Shown here: one piece after another, positions 30,006 to 40,578 of the stretch | Layout: each line of letters begins with the position of its first letter | Numbering within the stretch: position 1 is the stretch's first letter | Source: a virus | Taxonomy: Duplodnaviria > Heunggongvirae > Uroviricota > Caudoviricetes | DNA: 62,444 nt | Direction: 5' to 3' (one strand) | Virus record (IMG/VR): IMGVR_UViG_3300009702_000014 | Span: 1 to 62,444 of that record | Notes under the pieces: model-generated | Databases searched by the model: none | What the model saw: the letters and a program-made list of their open reading frames with translations, nothing else | What the model was told of the DNA's origin: nothing | Position numbers and translations under genes: made by a program

Positions 30006-32852
30006 CTACAATAACGTAATTTTCTGTAATTCTGCTAACCAAGCGGTATGCGCATTGCTAATTTCGGTAGCAGTCCATACTCTATTGTCTATAAATGGAA
30101 TATCTAACAAGTTAGAGCCGAGTCCTAGAAACGCAAATGGGGAATTATTGTTGTGGGGGGCAGTTAGAGCCCCTACCCATAAGTGAGATGGTGATATGAC
30201 AAGGGAGGACGTAACTTGTTGTACGAAAGAGCCGTTGATATACAGGCTATACACATTACTAGCATCCTTCGTAACGGTAGATACTAACCACGCCTTAGGC
30301 GCTATGGTACCGGCAACGGCAAAAGTCCCATTATTAAGGGCAAACTCAAGTACTCCATTACGGGCAAATAACCACGCTTCATCCGTTCGGTCATTGCTCG
30401 CATTCTGGAAAGCCCACATAGACGGATAATAAACGGTTTCATTACCTTCTAGGTATATGGCCGTGTGTATACTCATATTGGATGTGGAATCTAACTGCGC
30501 CCCCACATTAGGTACGTCGATAGACTCAATTGCTCTAGTTGCCGCCGTTCCTGTGGTAGGAATGTAGCTAGAGGGGAAAGAGGCTTGCTCTAATTGTGGA
30601 TAGGCAAAAGTAGCCGTACCTGTATAGGAAGGGCTATAACCCCAATCATAAGCAAAATGTGCTGGAAACAAAGCCATAAACATATGTTCTGTGTCCGACG
30701 GAGCTAAGAAAACAAACGCAACCTTCCAATACTGGCCGCTATCAGAGATGGTAACAGTCGATATATAGGATGCACCGTTGGCAACTTGATACCTCCCCGT
30801 ATCAGGACGCATCTTAATCCCTATATAGAAAGTACCCAGGGAAGGGGAATAAGCTTGGATACGCATATACGGTGCTACTGTCTGCGACCCTTCCTTTTTA
30901 ATATAGATGCTAGCAGTGTACGCTGTATCAGAGGGTAGACTCACATAAGCTATTGGGCCGTTTAAGGCTTGTGGACTAGTTGTAGAAGTGTCCGTAGTTG
31001 TCACTACGTCATTAGTAGAACCATAGGATAAGGTTAAACCGCTACCATTGCCCCAAGTAGAGAAGTACGTAGAAGGAATTATGTTAGTCCTCTGTCCTTC
31101 GATTAGTACTACTGGGCTCTTTGTGGTTGTTCCAAACACACGAAGCTCATTAGCTTTTACCTGTATTCCTCCGGCCCCGGTTGCGGTACTGTTACGTGTA
31201 AACGTTCCTATGCCTTTAGCATAAGGGGCCCATGTAACTACTCCAGAAGTATTTCTAAATAGATAATTTAATGTTGGTGTTGCTCCGACCCTCGTTGCTA
31301 AATGGGTAACAGAGGCATAAGCATCATCCGCTTGGGTATCTGTTAATGCTGTATTATATCTGCTATGGGCCAAAAATTTACCTAAGAATCCCCCGGCAGT
31401 ATCATACCCGGACGGGCTAAACGTAAATACATCATTTGCAAGAGCAAAGGTATCTCCAGCAGCAGTAGGGACACCACTTATATAGTCACTAACTCCGTTA
31501 AATAGAAGCCCATCAGGAGTCCAGGAAGGAGTATGTGAGTCTGTATATGAAGCTGCATGAATAGTCCAAACTTCCCCTGTGGCTTTGGATATGAAATTGT
31601 TTGTATCCCCCGGAGAATCCTTCGGAGTAAATCGGGCTATAACATCAATACCGTTATGTAATTGCATAAGATATATGCGACCAGCCAACGGTGCAGAGGC
31701 ACCTGCATCATATGCCCCTACTGCTATAGGCTCGGTTGATGGATTTATAGTTGTTACTCCGGCTGTTGTTACCGTTGTTCCAAGTTGTGTCCAGGTAATA
31801 CCAGTTGTTGATGTGTAGAATTTGATTACATGATTTCCAGCACCATCATTTACCTGCATCGTCACACGCACATAGCCGTCTGCTCCATCAGCAAACGACA
31901 CAGCACTTGAAGTTTGCGTAAATGTTGTAGTCCCGTCATTCCAGTAAAAATTTATAGCCCCCGCCGTTTCAGAGGTTACGAGCCAACTCAAGGTGGTGCC
32001 CCATTTAGACGCTAAAGCTACACGGGTAGTTTGCCAGGTTGTTGCGGCATGGATACGAATGTCTATATCTCCTGTAACATTTATAGAAGGAGTACTAGCA
32101 TAATTTCCAGCAACTCCGGGCAACCATAAATACTTACCTACAGGATTTATCGCAGCCCCGCCGTTACTTCCAAGATAGGCGTCATTCCCTGCCCCCGAAT
32201 AATCATAAAGTAGTTTTTTATGGGTTGTGGGGACAGAAACCTTCTTACCATTATAGGAACCTGAATACAACTGTAAATTTCTTATATAAATGGTTCCTAC
32301 TCCTGCCACATCAGCGGCGGCTGTAACAGTCGAAGCAATGGCAGGACTAATTGTTATTCTTACAGAAGTATTACCGGCAGAAAGAACAGGAAATGTCAAA
32401 GCTAATTGCCATGACTCTCCTAAGTCTGTTACGGTTACAGTTTGTGTGGCAGGGGGTGTTCCGGCTGCTCCTGTTGCCCCCGTAACGGGATTAATACGTG
32501 TCTGGCTATATACAGCAGAATCTTGTGGATTATACTGAATATCAATCTCGGGAACATAGGAAGAAGAAGTTTCTTTCTTTATTTCCAAGGATACAGTATA
32601 AATGTCACCAGCAGACAACGGAAGGGTAACATCTTGATAAGAGTTCCCGGTATTAGCTGCATCATTGTCGGTAAGCTCAACCCAACCATTTACCCAGCTA
32701 GCTGTAACATAGGTATTCACCCAGGGAGACTGCGACAAGTCCTCACTATATTGCAGGAGATTCTGTGTCTCTATATTCATATGATAATGGCTTAGCAGGC
32801 TTGTACCGCTATCCGGCAAGGAGGGTGCTTGTAGCCAAGGGTGTTGTAGCAT
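30006..32852 (-). CDS. Large tail/receptor-binding protein with LamG-like and CBM-like domains (948 aa)
   Basis: QNLLQYSEDL, TFTRNSTAT, LIEGQRTNII, QLEQASFPSSYIPTTGTAATRA motifs of phage fibre proteins. Confidence 0.75.
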   Translation of the reverse strand: MLQHPWLQAPSLPDSGTSLLSHYHMNIETQNLLQYSEDLSQSPWVNTYVTASWVNGWVELTDNDAANTGNSYQDVTLPLSAGDIYTVSLEIKKETSSSYVPEIDIQYNPQDSAVYSQTRINPVTGATGAAGTPPATQTVTVTDLGESWQLALTFPVLSAGNTSVRITISPAIASTVTAAADVAGVGTIYIRNLQLYSGSYNGKKVSVPTTHKKLLYDYSGAGNDAYLGSNGGAAINPVGKYLWLPGVAGNYASTPSINVTGDIDIRIHAATTWQTTRVALASKWGTTLSWLVTSETAGAINFYWNDGTTTFTQTSSAVSFADGADGYVRVTMQVNDGAGNHVIKFYTSTTGITWTQLGTTVTTAGVTTINPSTEPIAVGAYDAGASAPLAGRIYLMQLHNGIDVIARFTPKDSPGDTNNFISKATGEVWTIHAASYTDSHTPSWTPDGLLFNGVSDYISGVPTAAGDTFALANDVFTFSPSGYDTAGGFLGKFLAHSRYNTALTDTQADDAYASVTHLATRVGATPTLNYLFRNTSGVVTWAPYAKGIGTFTRNSTATGAGGIQVKANELRVFGTTTKSPVVLIEGQRTNIIPSTYFSTWGNGSGLTLSYGSTNDVVTTTDTSTTSPQALNGPIAYVSLPSDTAYTASIYIKKEGSQTVAPYMRIQAYSPSLGTFYIGIKMRPDTGRYQVANGASYISTVTISDSGQYWKVAFVFLAPSDTEHMFMALFPAHFAYDWGYSPSYTGTATFAYPQLEQASFPSSYIPTTGTAATRAIESIDVPNVGAQLDSTSNMSIHTAIYLEGNETVYYPSMWAFQNASNDRTDEAWLFARNGVLEFALNNGTFAVAGTIAPKAWLVSTVTKDASNVYSLYINGSFVQQVTSSLVISPSHLWVGALTAPHNNNSPFAFLGLGSNLLDIPFIDNRVWTATEISNAHTAWLAELQKITLL

Positions 32853-32891
32853 TCTATTATTATAACGAAATATGTAGGCATTCGCAATTCC

Positions 32892-33324
32892 GTGCAGGAT
32901 ACCCCTATTGAACGAGGGGAGTTATATAATGTTAAAATACGAAGGAGAATCATGAATGACGACAAAGAAACACAAGACGAAATCTTCTCTCAGACTATCT
33001 ATGAAAGCGCCAAAGCATTCATAGAAAGCGGCCAAGCTGCAAGTCCGGGGGTTAAAAACTCAATATCATTGACACCTTCACCCGGAAAAGAAAGAGAAGT
33101 ATTAACGTGGCCTATATCGACTTATGAAAAGAATGTTTCTCCTGGAATTCGGGGCTAAAAAGATGTCTAAATTAAATTGGGATAGGCTTAAAAATGAAAA
33201 GAAACTCAAGAATAATGTAACTAGGATAAAACGCTCTCGCCAACCAACGCCAAAGCAAAAATTATGGGGCAGAAGATACATGCTTGGGTTTCTCAAGAGT
33301 AAATATAAAAGACTTATCAGATGA
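32892..33324 (+). CDS. Two small hypothetical proteins (32892-33158, 33163-33324)
   Basis: Co-oriented ORFs; second is basic, start re-assigned to MSKLNW. Confidence 0.45.
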
Positions 33325-33659
33325 AGAATTGGCTGTGAGCAAGCGGCAATACGTTCCTAGAAGTTTTTGATGCAGTCAGTTTTAGCCCGAAATCTTTTGT
33401 TGGTATAAATATATATGAAACCCTACACATACTATGTACAGATATTTTTATAGCGTTTTTTTTTGTAATTCTAGCCTTTTTTATGGCGTTTTTTTTACGG
33501 ATTTTCTTAGCCTTTATTTTAATTTTATGGGTTTTTTGATAGGATTGTTTTATATAATGTTTGTTTTTAGGGTGTTTTTAATTCTTTTGATGGGTTTTAT
33601 ATATATTGTGTTTGTTTTGTTGGGAAATTGTGTGTAGGCGTCTGATAGGGGGAGGGCGG

Positions 33660-34270
33660 GCCATTATGAGAATTGGGACTCCGGGTTTGTTAAAAAACCC
33701 CAGGGGGTGTGAGTGGACGGTGAGAATCAGATGAGAATCATGAGAAAACCCTCCAAAATGGGGGTCCTAAATGAGAAAGATTAATTTGATGAAATTCTGA
33801 TGAGAGTCAGATGAGAGAAAATTAAGAATCCACAGGGTTATCCACAGGTTTTATGAGAGTTTGATGAGAGAAATGGCCTTTTATGAGAGTTCTCATGTTT
33901 CTCAGTTAACCATCATGAGAAGATTGGCTTGTGTACTTCTCATATATGAGAGGTTTATGAGAAAGTGGATTATGAGAGGTTTATGAGAGAAATGAGAGAA
34001 AAGAGGGGGTTATATGAGAATTATGAGATTTTCTCGTCGCATTCTCATAAAGCAATTTTTGAGTTACGTCTTGCTATTTTTCTAATTTTAATGTGTGTCT
34101 GTGACGGCATTTCTCGGCTTTTATGAGGGCCCCGGAAAATTAGCCGGATTGGATTTTATGAGAATATGAGAGAAAAATGAGAGCTTTCTAAGATGAGAAT
34201 AGAGCCTTGCATGTATTCATTGATAGCCCGGATTATGAGAGAAAACGGTGTTCTCATGTTGGATTGCGTC
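33660..34270. repeat. Dense ATGAGA/TCTCAT hexamer array with DnaA box TTATCCACA at 33838-33846 (candidate origin or terminus)
   Basis: Roughly 25 copies by eye, many 9-12 bp apart; no credible ORF. Confidence 0.75.
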
Positions 34271-34510
34271 CCTCACGCAAAAAACGGCCGCACAGAATGG
34301 CCGTGGCGGCCCTACAGCGGACCCCGTGGACTCTAGTGCCCGAAAACGCTCAAGGCCCGTATAGAGGCCCTCAGTGCGTCACAGGAGGTTCAACTATGCA
34401 GGATTCGATGAAAACCCTGCATATAATGAGAGTTTGGTGAGATTCGGCCGCTTGTGACAGTTTTCACGAGCGGGGCCAGAAAAAAGCCCCCTTTCGGGGG
34501 CCTGTGTGTG

Positions 34511-34768
34511 TCAGCTACATGTGGTAATGATGCTCCCGAACGCCATAGCGTCCGACACCGCCTCGATAACCTCCTTATAGCTTGAGTGCTTAGTGTGCGC
34601 GACGGCGCCCGTATCATACCGGTATTCCACAATGTACCGGCCGCGTCCGCCGACCTCCAGGGTATGATAGACGCGCACCGCATGGCCCGTGTCCGTATCA
34701 TGCTTGAAGTCGTGGCCCGTGATGGAGATTTCCCGCTCCAGCATGTAGTTGCTCAGGTCGTAAACCAT
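34511..34768 (-). CDS. Hypothetical early protein (85 aa), leaderless
   Basis: TATATT -10 five nt before ATG; ends at a hairpin terminator near 34483-34500. Confidence 0.65.
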   Translation of the reverse strand: MVYDLSNYMLEREISITGHDFKHDTDTGHAVRVYHTLEVGGRGRYIVEYRYDTGAVAHTKHSSYKEVIEAVSDAMAFGSIITTCS

Positions 34769-35226
34769 GCCTAAATATACCCTGATGGTCTTGGGTTTGT
34801 AAAGAGGGAGAGCCTTACTCGTTTTCTCATGTTTCTCTCATCTTCGGCGGCGTTGCTTTGTGAGATATTTCACTAATAATTATACACACAATGTATAAGT
34901 AGGGCATATTTCCTAGGGCATCGTCGGGAAATATACACAATATAGAAATATTATGCATAATCATCCCACTACTACCTCTAGAGAATGCGTCATAGACGCA
35001 CACAATGGCCCGGAATTGCATACACATAGGCCATACATTCGCCGCTTTGTGACAATTTTCACGAGCGCGGGCCGCGCAAGATGAGAATTATGAGACTAGA
35101 AACCGCGTCACACACGCAAAGAGTGCCTTTGACGTATGTCAGCGCCTAGAAACACCGTCCTGCACGGCATTAAAGTATTAAGGCCCAAGTGGCTTGACGT
35201 GTTGGCAAAGTGTGCTAATATCAGAT

Positions 35227-35565
35227 ATGGCCCTCTACCACAAAGACATTTTTCTCCCGGCTGCCGCCCGTGCGCTCCGCTTCGCAGTTATGCTGCGCTA
35301 CAGCGCCCACGCCCGCCGTGCTGCTACGAATGACCGTTACGGTGATATCAACCTCCCGCGCGTGTTCAATTCCGACAATGCCGAACTGGTAGAGGCAGAA
35401 GTCGAAAACGGCAAAGTTCGGAAGATGGTCTATCGCCAACCGTACAATGGTGAAAATGACCTAGTTATCGTGTTGAACCCCGACGGTTTGGTGCGCACCG
35501 TTTGGCTTAATCAAACTAACGACTCGCACCGCACGCTGGACACAACTAAATACGCCACGGCCTAA
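35227..35565 (+). CDS. Conserved-looking phage protein (112 aa), leaderless; weak DUF4258/BECR-like resemblance
   Basis: TTGACG-16-TAATAT-5-ATG; LRYSAHA...VRTVWLN pattern. Confidence 0.6.
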   Translation: MALYHKDIFLPAAARALRFAVMLRYSAHARRAATNDRYGDINLPRVFNSDNAELVEAEVENGKVRKMVYRQPYNGENDLVIVLNPDGLVRTVWLNQTNDSHRTLDTTKYATA

Positions 35566-35999
35566 ATTAGCGTGAGGGACGGAAAAACTGTCGAGTCCCT
35601 CGGCCTTCCCCGCTTGTGAAAAATTTCACAAGCTCGCGGGCATTCAACCTATCATATTATGTCAGGATGAGAGTAGGATTAGAAAACGGCACCCACATTC
35701 TCATGTTGAATTGCGTCACAGACACGAAAAACGGACCTACAGGATGGCCGTTAACAGGGGTCTAACGACTTCCAAGGGTACTAATACCAGAAACTCGGCA
35801 AACGCCGTAAAACGCCTCTCAGCACGTCCTAGGGGCATTCTACTATACAGAAAATAATGTAAACAACGTATAAATGGCGTTGCCGAATTGTGACATTTAC
35901 CACTGACATTTAGCTCCAGATACCCTACAAAATTAGGCTTGTGAAAAGATTCACAAGCCGAGGCCGCCGAATTATGAGAAAATCATTAAGGTTTACGTC

Positions 36000-36034
36000 T
36001 TGACAACCAAGAGTCGCTGTAGTATCCTCAGGTA
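36000..36034 (+). promoter_or_regulatory. Representative sigma70-type leaderless promoter (TTGACA-17-TATCCT-5-ATG); same architecture precedes starts at 36529, 36812, 37097, 37806, 38351, 39313, 40076
   Basis: -35/-10 hexamers with 16-17 bp spacers, ATG 5-6 nt after -10, no SD. Confidence 0.8.
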
Positions 36035-36264
36035 TGCCCTACTTCGATGTAGTTGTCACGGTATGCGGACCCGAAGGCGACCCCGACGATTGGTTTGACG
36101 GCGTGGTATATATCGACCACGACAACGCACCTACGGACACCGAACTCACGTTGGCGGCACGCGACGAATACGGCAACACGGTGTATTCCGCCGAACGTAT
36201 CTACCTCGCAGACACCAACAACCTCGGAACGGCTCACCCGAACTATGACAGCATGGCAGACTAG
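36034..36264 (+). CDS. Acidic hypothetical early protein (76 aa)
   Basis: Leaderless promoter; followed by hairpin and palindrome. Confidence 0.7.
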   Translation: MPYFDVVVTVCGPEGDPDDWFDGVVYIDHDNAPTDTELTLAARDEYGNTVYSAERIYLADTNNLGTAHPNYDSMAD

Positions 36265-36528
36265 GGGGCTTTTGCCCCTTGGTCGCATGTGAAATTTTTC
36301 ACAAGCATGAAAGGGGAAGCTTTCGGCCATTTCCGTCGTGGGGTGGGACGTACTTTGGTTTACTTGCTAGGCCCTTTTTCTGTCTGTAGAATAGCGCGGG
36401 CCGAAATGAGTAACATGAGAAAACACCCCTCTTATCTTAATCAACTAGTGAAAGTTTTCACAAAGTCTCGGCGCGAGAACTTCAACATAAAAGCTTGACA
36501 GACTAGTTTTTATGGTGTAGACTACCTT

Positions 36529-36750
36529 ATGAGCATTTACCGTGTTTACATCCTTGGCTATGAGGCCGCGTTCTGGTACTCTACCGTCACTCATGCCCCG
36601 GCGCTCATGTGGTGGGGACCTACGTCGGGTGTCGCGTGGCCCCTTATTAACCGACTGGCACGTAACCTCGGGGTCCGTAAAGTTAGCCTCGGGAGTTTCG
36701 CTACGAAAGTTCCCCCAAAGTTTCAAGAGCCGGGGCGGCATATCCTCTAA
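36529..36750 (+). CDS. Hypothetical early protein (73 aa)
   Basis: TTGACA-17-TAGACT-5-ATG. Confidence 0.7.
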   Translation: MSIYRVYILGYEAAFWYSTVTHAPALMWWGPTSGVAWPLINRLARNLGVRKVSLGSFATKVPPKFQEPGRHIL

Positions 36751-36811
36751 ATAAAAGTTTGATTAAGGCCCGAGCTATTGACAGACTCGGGCCATTTGTG
36801 TATTATCAGAT

Positions 36812-36991
36812 ATGCCTTTTATACGCCGTACCTCCGCATTCGACGATTTTCATAAGACAGTTAGCGTGGCGACCGAAACAGAGCTTAAGCGTATGCGGGT
36901 CCGTTTGTCACAACAGCACCCACACTATGACGCAAAACTCCGCATGATTGATAAGCGTATTGCCATTTTCCACGGTTTCACAGGTGCTTAG
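36812..36991 (+). CDS. Hypothetical early protein (59 aa, below ORF-track cutoff)
   Basis: TTGACA-17-TATTAT-5-ATG; MPFIRRTSAFDDFHK...FTGA. Confidence 0.65.
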   Translation: MPFIRRTSAFDDFHKTVSVATETELKRMRVRLSQQHPHYDAKLRMIDKRIAIFHGFTGA

Positions 36992-37096
36992 CCCTCTTAG
37001 GAGGGTTGTGGGTTTGTGAAATATTTCACTTGATTATGAGAAAATGATTAAGACTTTTTTGTTGACGGCCCCCGCCCTATGTGCTATGGTTGGGGC

Positions 37097-37381
37097 ATGA
37101 AAAACACTTTCGTTGTGTTCGTCCAGAGGCTTTGTGCTACTAGTGATAGCAACGGCAATCCGCGCCGAGTTTTCCAAGTGGTCCGTGAGGAAACGGCGTC
37201 GAATGTGTATTCCCACCGTGGTATTACCAAAGTAAACGCCCCCGTGGAATACTATGAGGAAGGGTATATTGGCCCGGACGTAGTGCCTCATGACCACGCC
37301 CATACCTACATCAACCTTCCCGACGTGCAAATCAGCGTGTCAGAGTATAACAAGATTCGCAAGCTTGCGAAGCCGAGTTAA
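37097..37381 (+). CDS. Hypothetical early protein (94 aa)
   Basis: TTGACG-17-TATGGT-6-ATG; MKNTFVVFVQRL. Confidence 0.7.
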   Translation: MKNTFVVFVQRLCATSDSNGNPRRVFQVVREETASNVYSHRGITKVNAPVEYYEEGYIGPDVVPHDHAHTYINLPDVQISVSEYNKIRKLAKPS

Positions 37382-37455
37382 TTCTCGGCTCCTGTGTTTG
37401 TGAAATAATTCACAAGTTCTCACAATTCTAATAAAAGGCTATGATATTGTCAGTT

Positions 37456-37695
37456 ATGAGCAAATTCCAAATAAAGCGTGCTTCCCATGCTTCGAATGCC
37501 TCTGTCTGGTACGTGGACATCACTCCGCAAAAGGCGCGGGCGGTCCTCACTCGACTCATGGACCGACGCACACGGTTGCCGCGTGTTGGTAACTTGCTAG
37601 TGCTCCCGACAGTGGGACGTGTTTTTCTCACTAATCGAGGTAATGGATACTCGCTAGAGGGCACTAATCGAGAGGAACTGTCCGGGCTACTTTAA
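37456..37695 (+). CDS. Hypothetical early protein (79 aa)
   Basis: TATGAT -10 upstream; MSKFQIKR. Confidence 0.6.
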   Translation: MSKFQIKRASHASNASVWYVDITPQKARAVLTRLMDRRTRLPRVGNLLVLPTVGRVFLTNRGNGYSLEGTNREELSGLL

Positions 37696-37805
37696 GTAGC
37701 CCCGAAAGAGTTTGTGAAATGTTTCACAAGCCGAGTTCGCCGTTTATGAGAGTTAGATTAAGATTTTAGGGTTGACATACACTCTCAGTATGCTATACTC
37801 AGGAC

Positions 37806-37961
37806 ATGGAAAACAACCTTCCCAAATACGACGGCGGCATGGACACTCTCGTTATCAAGTCGCGTGCGGGCGTACCGTTCGCCACGAAGCGCGTCCACCC
37901 CGACCGCGAAACCCCGAAGTACCCCGAAGGCGCGAGTGTAGAGCGCGTCAAGGCCAAGTGA
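37806..37961 (+). CDS. Hypothetical early protein (51 aa)
   Basis: TTGACA-16-TATACT-6-ATG; MENNLPKYDGG. Confidence 0.65.
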   Translation: MENNLPKYDGGMDTLVIKSRAGVPFATKRVHPDRETPKYPEGASVERVKAK

Positions 37962-38050
37962 AAACTTGGCTTGTCTGTTTGTGAAATCCTTCACGAGTTC
38001 TCACAATTCCCATACTCAGAGTGATATAGTGTTTTTGAAAGGGGCACTAA

Positions 38051-38212
38051 ATGACGTTTAAAGCTTGGATGAAAAAGGTGGATGCCGCCGTATCAGTTAC
38101 CGCAGGACTAAGCGTTTACGATTTGCCAGACATGCCTTTCTATGACATGTTTAACGACGACTATACTCCCGAAGAGGCCGCCGAGGAAACACTCATGAAC
38201 GCGGGGTGGTAA
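38051..38212 (+). CDS. Small phage protein, DUF5419-like (53 aa)
   Basis: MTFKAWMKKVD...GLSVYDLPD..FYDMF.DDYTPEEAA pattern. Confidence 0.55.
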   Translation: MTFKAWMKKVDAAVSVTAGLSVYDLPDMPFYDMFNDDYTPEEAAEETLMNAGW

Positions 38213-38350
38213 ACCCACCCTGTGTCTTTGTGAAATATTTCACGAGCTTAATCCATCCCACTAACAATAACCTACATTTAAATGAGTATAGTGAGAGTTT
38301 CATTAAGGATACGGGCTTGACAGTCTGGCACATAGAGAGTACACTAGGTC

Positions 38351-39008
38351 ATGACAGTCAACGGAAAGTTCCTTATCACCAAAGAATTTCGCGGCTTTCT
38401 TACTGTGCTTCGTAATCTCCAAGACAGGACGGGATATGAAACCCGCACCGTTTGGTCCGACTGGTACGCCCGTAAGCAATACGATGTTCAGGAATGCTTC
38501 GAAAAGGGCATGACTCCGCAAGAGACATTTTTGCAGGTTGGTAGTGAATAAAGCCCTTCGGGGCTTTTTTCATTCCTGCGTTTGTGAATTATTTCACATG
38601 AACATTAAGATTGGCATGTTGTTTTCTCATATTTCTAACATAGCCCGCCGCTATACTTAAACCATGAACGAATACCTGATTACCTTTAAGCGCGGTGCCG
38701 TGGTGGATTATGCCATTGTGATTATCCGACTCCTACGTTTACTCTGCCATCTAGACCTACGTAGTGCAAAGGATATCGTGTGGCCGTATAAGGCAAAAGG
38801 TCAGGCACTCACGGTACGTGTCTCTGCCGCACAGTTGGCCCACTTTACCTCGCACTTGTTGGCACGGGCACAGGCGCGAGGGGTGGGGCTAGATAATGCC
38901 GGGTACTTTACTATCCAAAGCATTGAGCCCGTCCCGGCCGAAACTGCAGTGAATCTGGTAAAGCTCGGCCTCAGCGAGGTAGAAGCGCCCACTACCGATT
39001 TTTACTGA
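38351..39008 (+). CDS. Two leaderless early proteins (38351-38551, 38664-39008)
   Basis: Each has its own promoter and a GCCCTTCGGGGC terminator hairpin. Confidence 0.65.
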
Positions 39009-39312
39009 GCCCTTCGGGGCTCTTTCAACTTGTGGGCTTGTGAATTATTTCACAAGCAAAATAGCGCCCCTGTAGGTTAGGGGCGCTTGTTCATTAATTA
39101 AGGTAAACTTTTTTATTCTAACCATTGTGAGTTAAGAAATTAGGCGCATTAGCCTCGCCGCATAACTTTGCTCCCCTCGTTTGACTAGGTGGCTTCGATG
39201 GGTCTGTCCCATCGCCTACGTTCCTAGAGTACACCTACCAAAAGTGAGAGTTATGAGAGTTAGATTAAGATTCAGGGGTTGACAGCCTTAGCAGCGTGGT
39301 TTATAGTAAGTC

Positions 39313-39769
39313 ATGGTTCTCACCACGGCAATTGTCCTTGTTATCATGCTTGTTTTAATCCCGTGGGTGTTTCGTTGGGAGTAACTATGGAACAGCCTAT
39401 CCGTCGGGAAACCTATACGTATGGGTATCTCGACTTGTACGAGAACAGGATTGTAGTTTGCCCCGCGTCCTACGCGACAGAGGAACAGATAGAGTCGTTA
39501 ATGGAAGATGCTAGAACATATGTGGCACTTGCTACAAAACCGGTCAGGATTCACGTTTCTCACAAAGATAAGGAATAGGATAAGTCATGAGCGTTTTCAT
39601 TTTCGAGGAAATGATACCCTATGGTGTAAGGTGCTATGTGGTAGTGGCGGAGACGCGTGAGCAAGCATGGGCACACCTCAGTTCCGGGGATATGCCATCA
39701 CACGGTTGGACAGTAGCGGAAATTCCGATAGAAGATGGGGCAGTATATGAGACAATCTGGAGCGAGTGA
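39313..39769 (+). CDS. Three small ORFs: 23-aa hydrophobic peptide (39313-39384), 39387-39578, 39587-39769
   Basis: TTGACA-17-TATAGT-5-ATG followed by coupled ORFs. Confidence 0.55.
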
Positions 39770-39817
39770 AAACTCGCCCCTGCCCTTGTGAAATTTTTCA
39801 CAAGGCTGTCTCCACCC

Positions 39818-39982
39818 TCACAAATATGAGGGTGACGTGAGGGCGTCCCATTCTTCCTCGCTCAACTGTTTTTCCTCGCCGTACACCAGCAACGCGCTGT
39901 CAAGTTCCTCTGCGTCATTCGTGAGGAACCCGTTTTCGTCCGCCCACCGTTGAAACTCGTCCTTAATTTCTTCTTTGTTCAT
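39818..39982 (-). CDS. Small acidic protein (54 aa)
   Basis: MNKEEIKDEFQRWADENG...; open frame read by hand. Confidence 0.5.
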   Translation of the reverse strand: MNKEEIKDEFQRWADENGFLTNDAEELDSALLVYGEEKQLSEEEWDALTSPSYL

Positions 39983-40075
39983 GCCTTATACTATCATGCC
40001 AAACATGAGAATGGGTGAGAAAATCATTAAGATTTAGGGCTTGACAGCCTGAGCGGTAGGGAGTAGACTACATGC

Positions 40076-40578
40076 ATGGAACCGACCTACGATATCCAAC
40101 TGCACGTGCAGGCCATTCTCAAGGATGACGACGGCGATAACTTCTACGACGAAACGGACTTCTATTACAAGGGCGTAGAAGTGATGCTGCGCGGGACCGA
40201 GGATATCAGCGACATTACCCTACTTGAAGATTTGCCCTATGTGTTCGATTGCAAGACGGCCCCGAAGATGCGCGATGATGTCGAGAACTTCGTTGGTGAC
40301 GGAGAATTGACTGATTTGTGGGTGGATTTCGATTAGTCCGCTCATTTTCCTCAGTTAGCGAAAGGATACACTAAGCTATGTTCAACTACACGGATGCAAA
40401 AGACTTCCTGCCCGCACTTCCCAACAACAAGGCTATCACAGTTTCCACGGAGTATGACCGCCCCGACAAGCTGACGCCCTTTGTATCCCCCGTGGTACTG
40501 CGTCGGCTCCAAGCTGAGGGGAAGGTTACGGCAAGCAAGCAGAAGGGCTCCTACCTTTATTTGGTACAGAAGAAATGA
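40076..40578 (+). CDS. Two early proteins (40076-40336 very acidic; 40378-40578)
   Basis: TTGACA-17-TAGACT-6-ATG; SD before the second. Confidence 0.65.

Noticed and set aside
33434-33637. 67-aa Phe-rich ORF
   Set aside because: Product of a T-rich low-complexity tract with no SD or promoter logic; treated as non-coding
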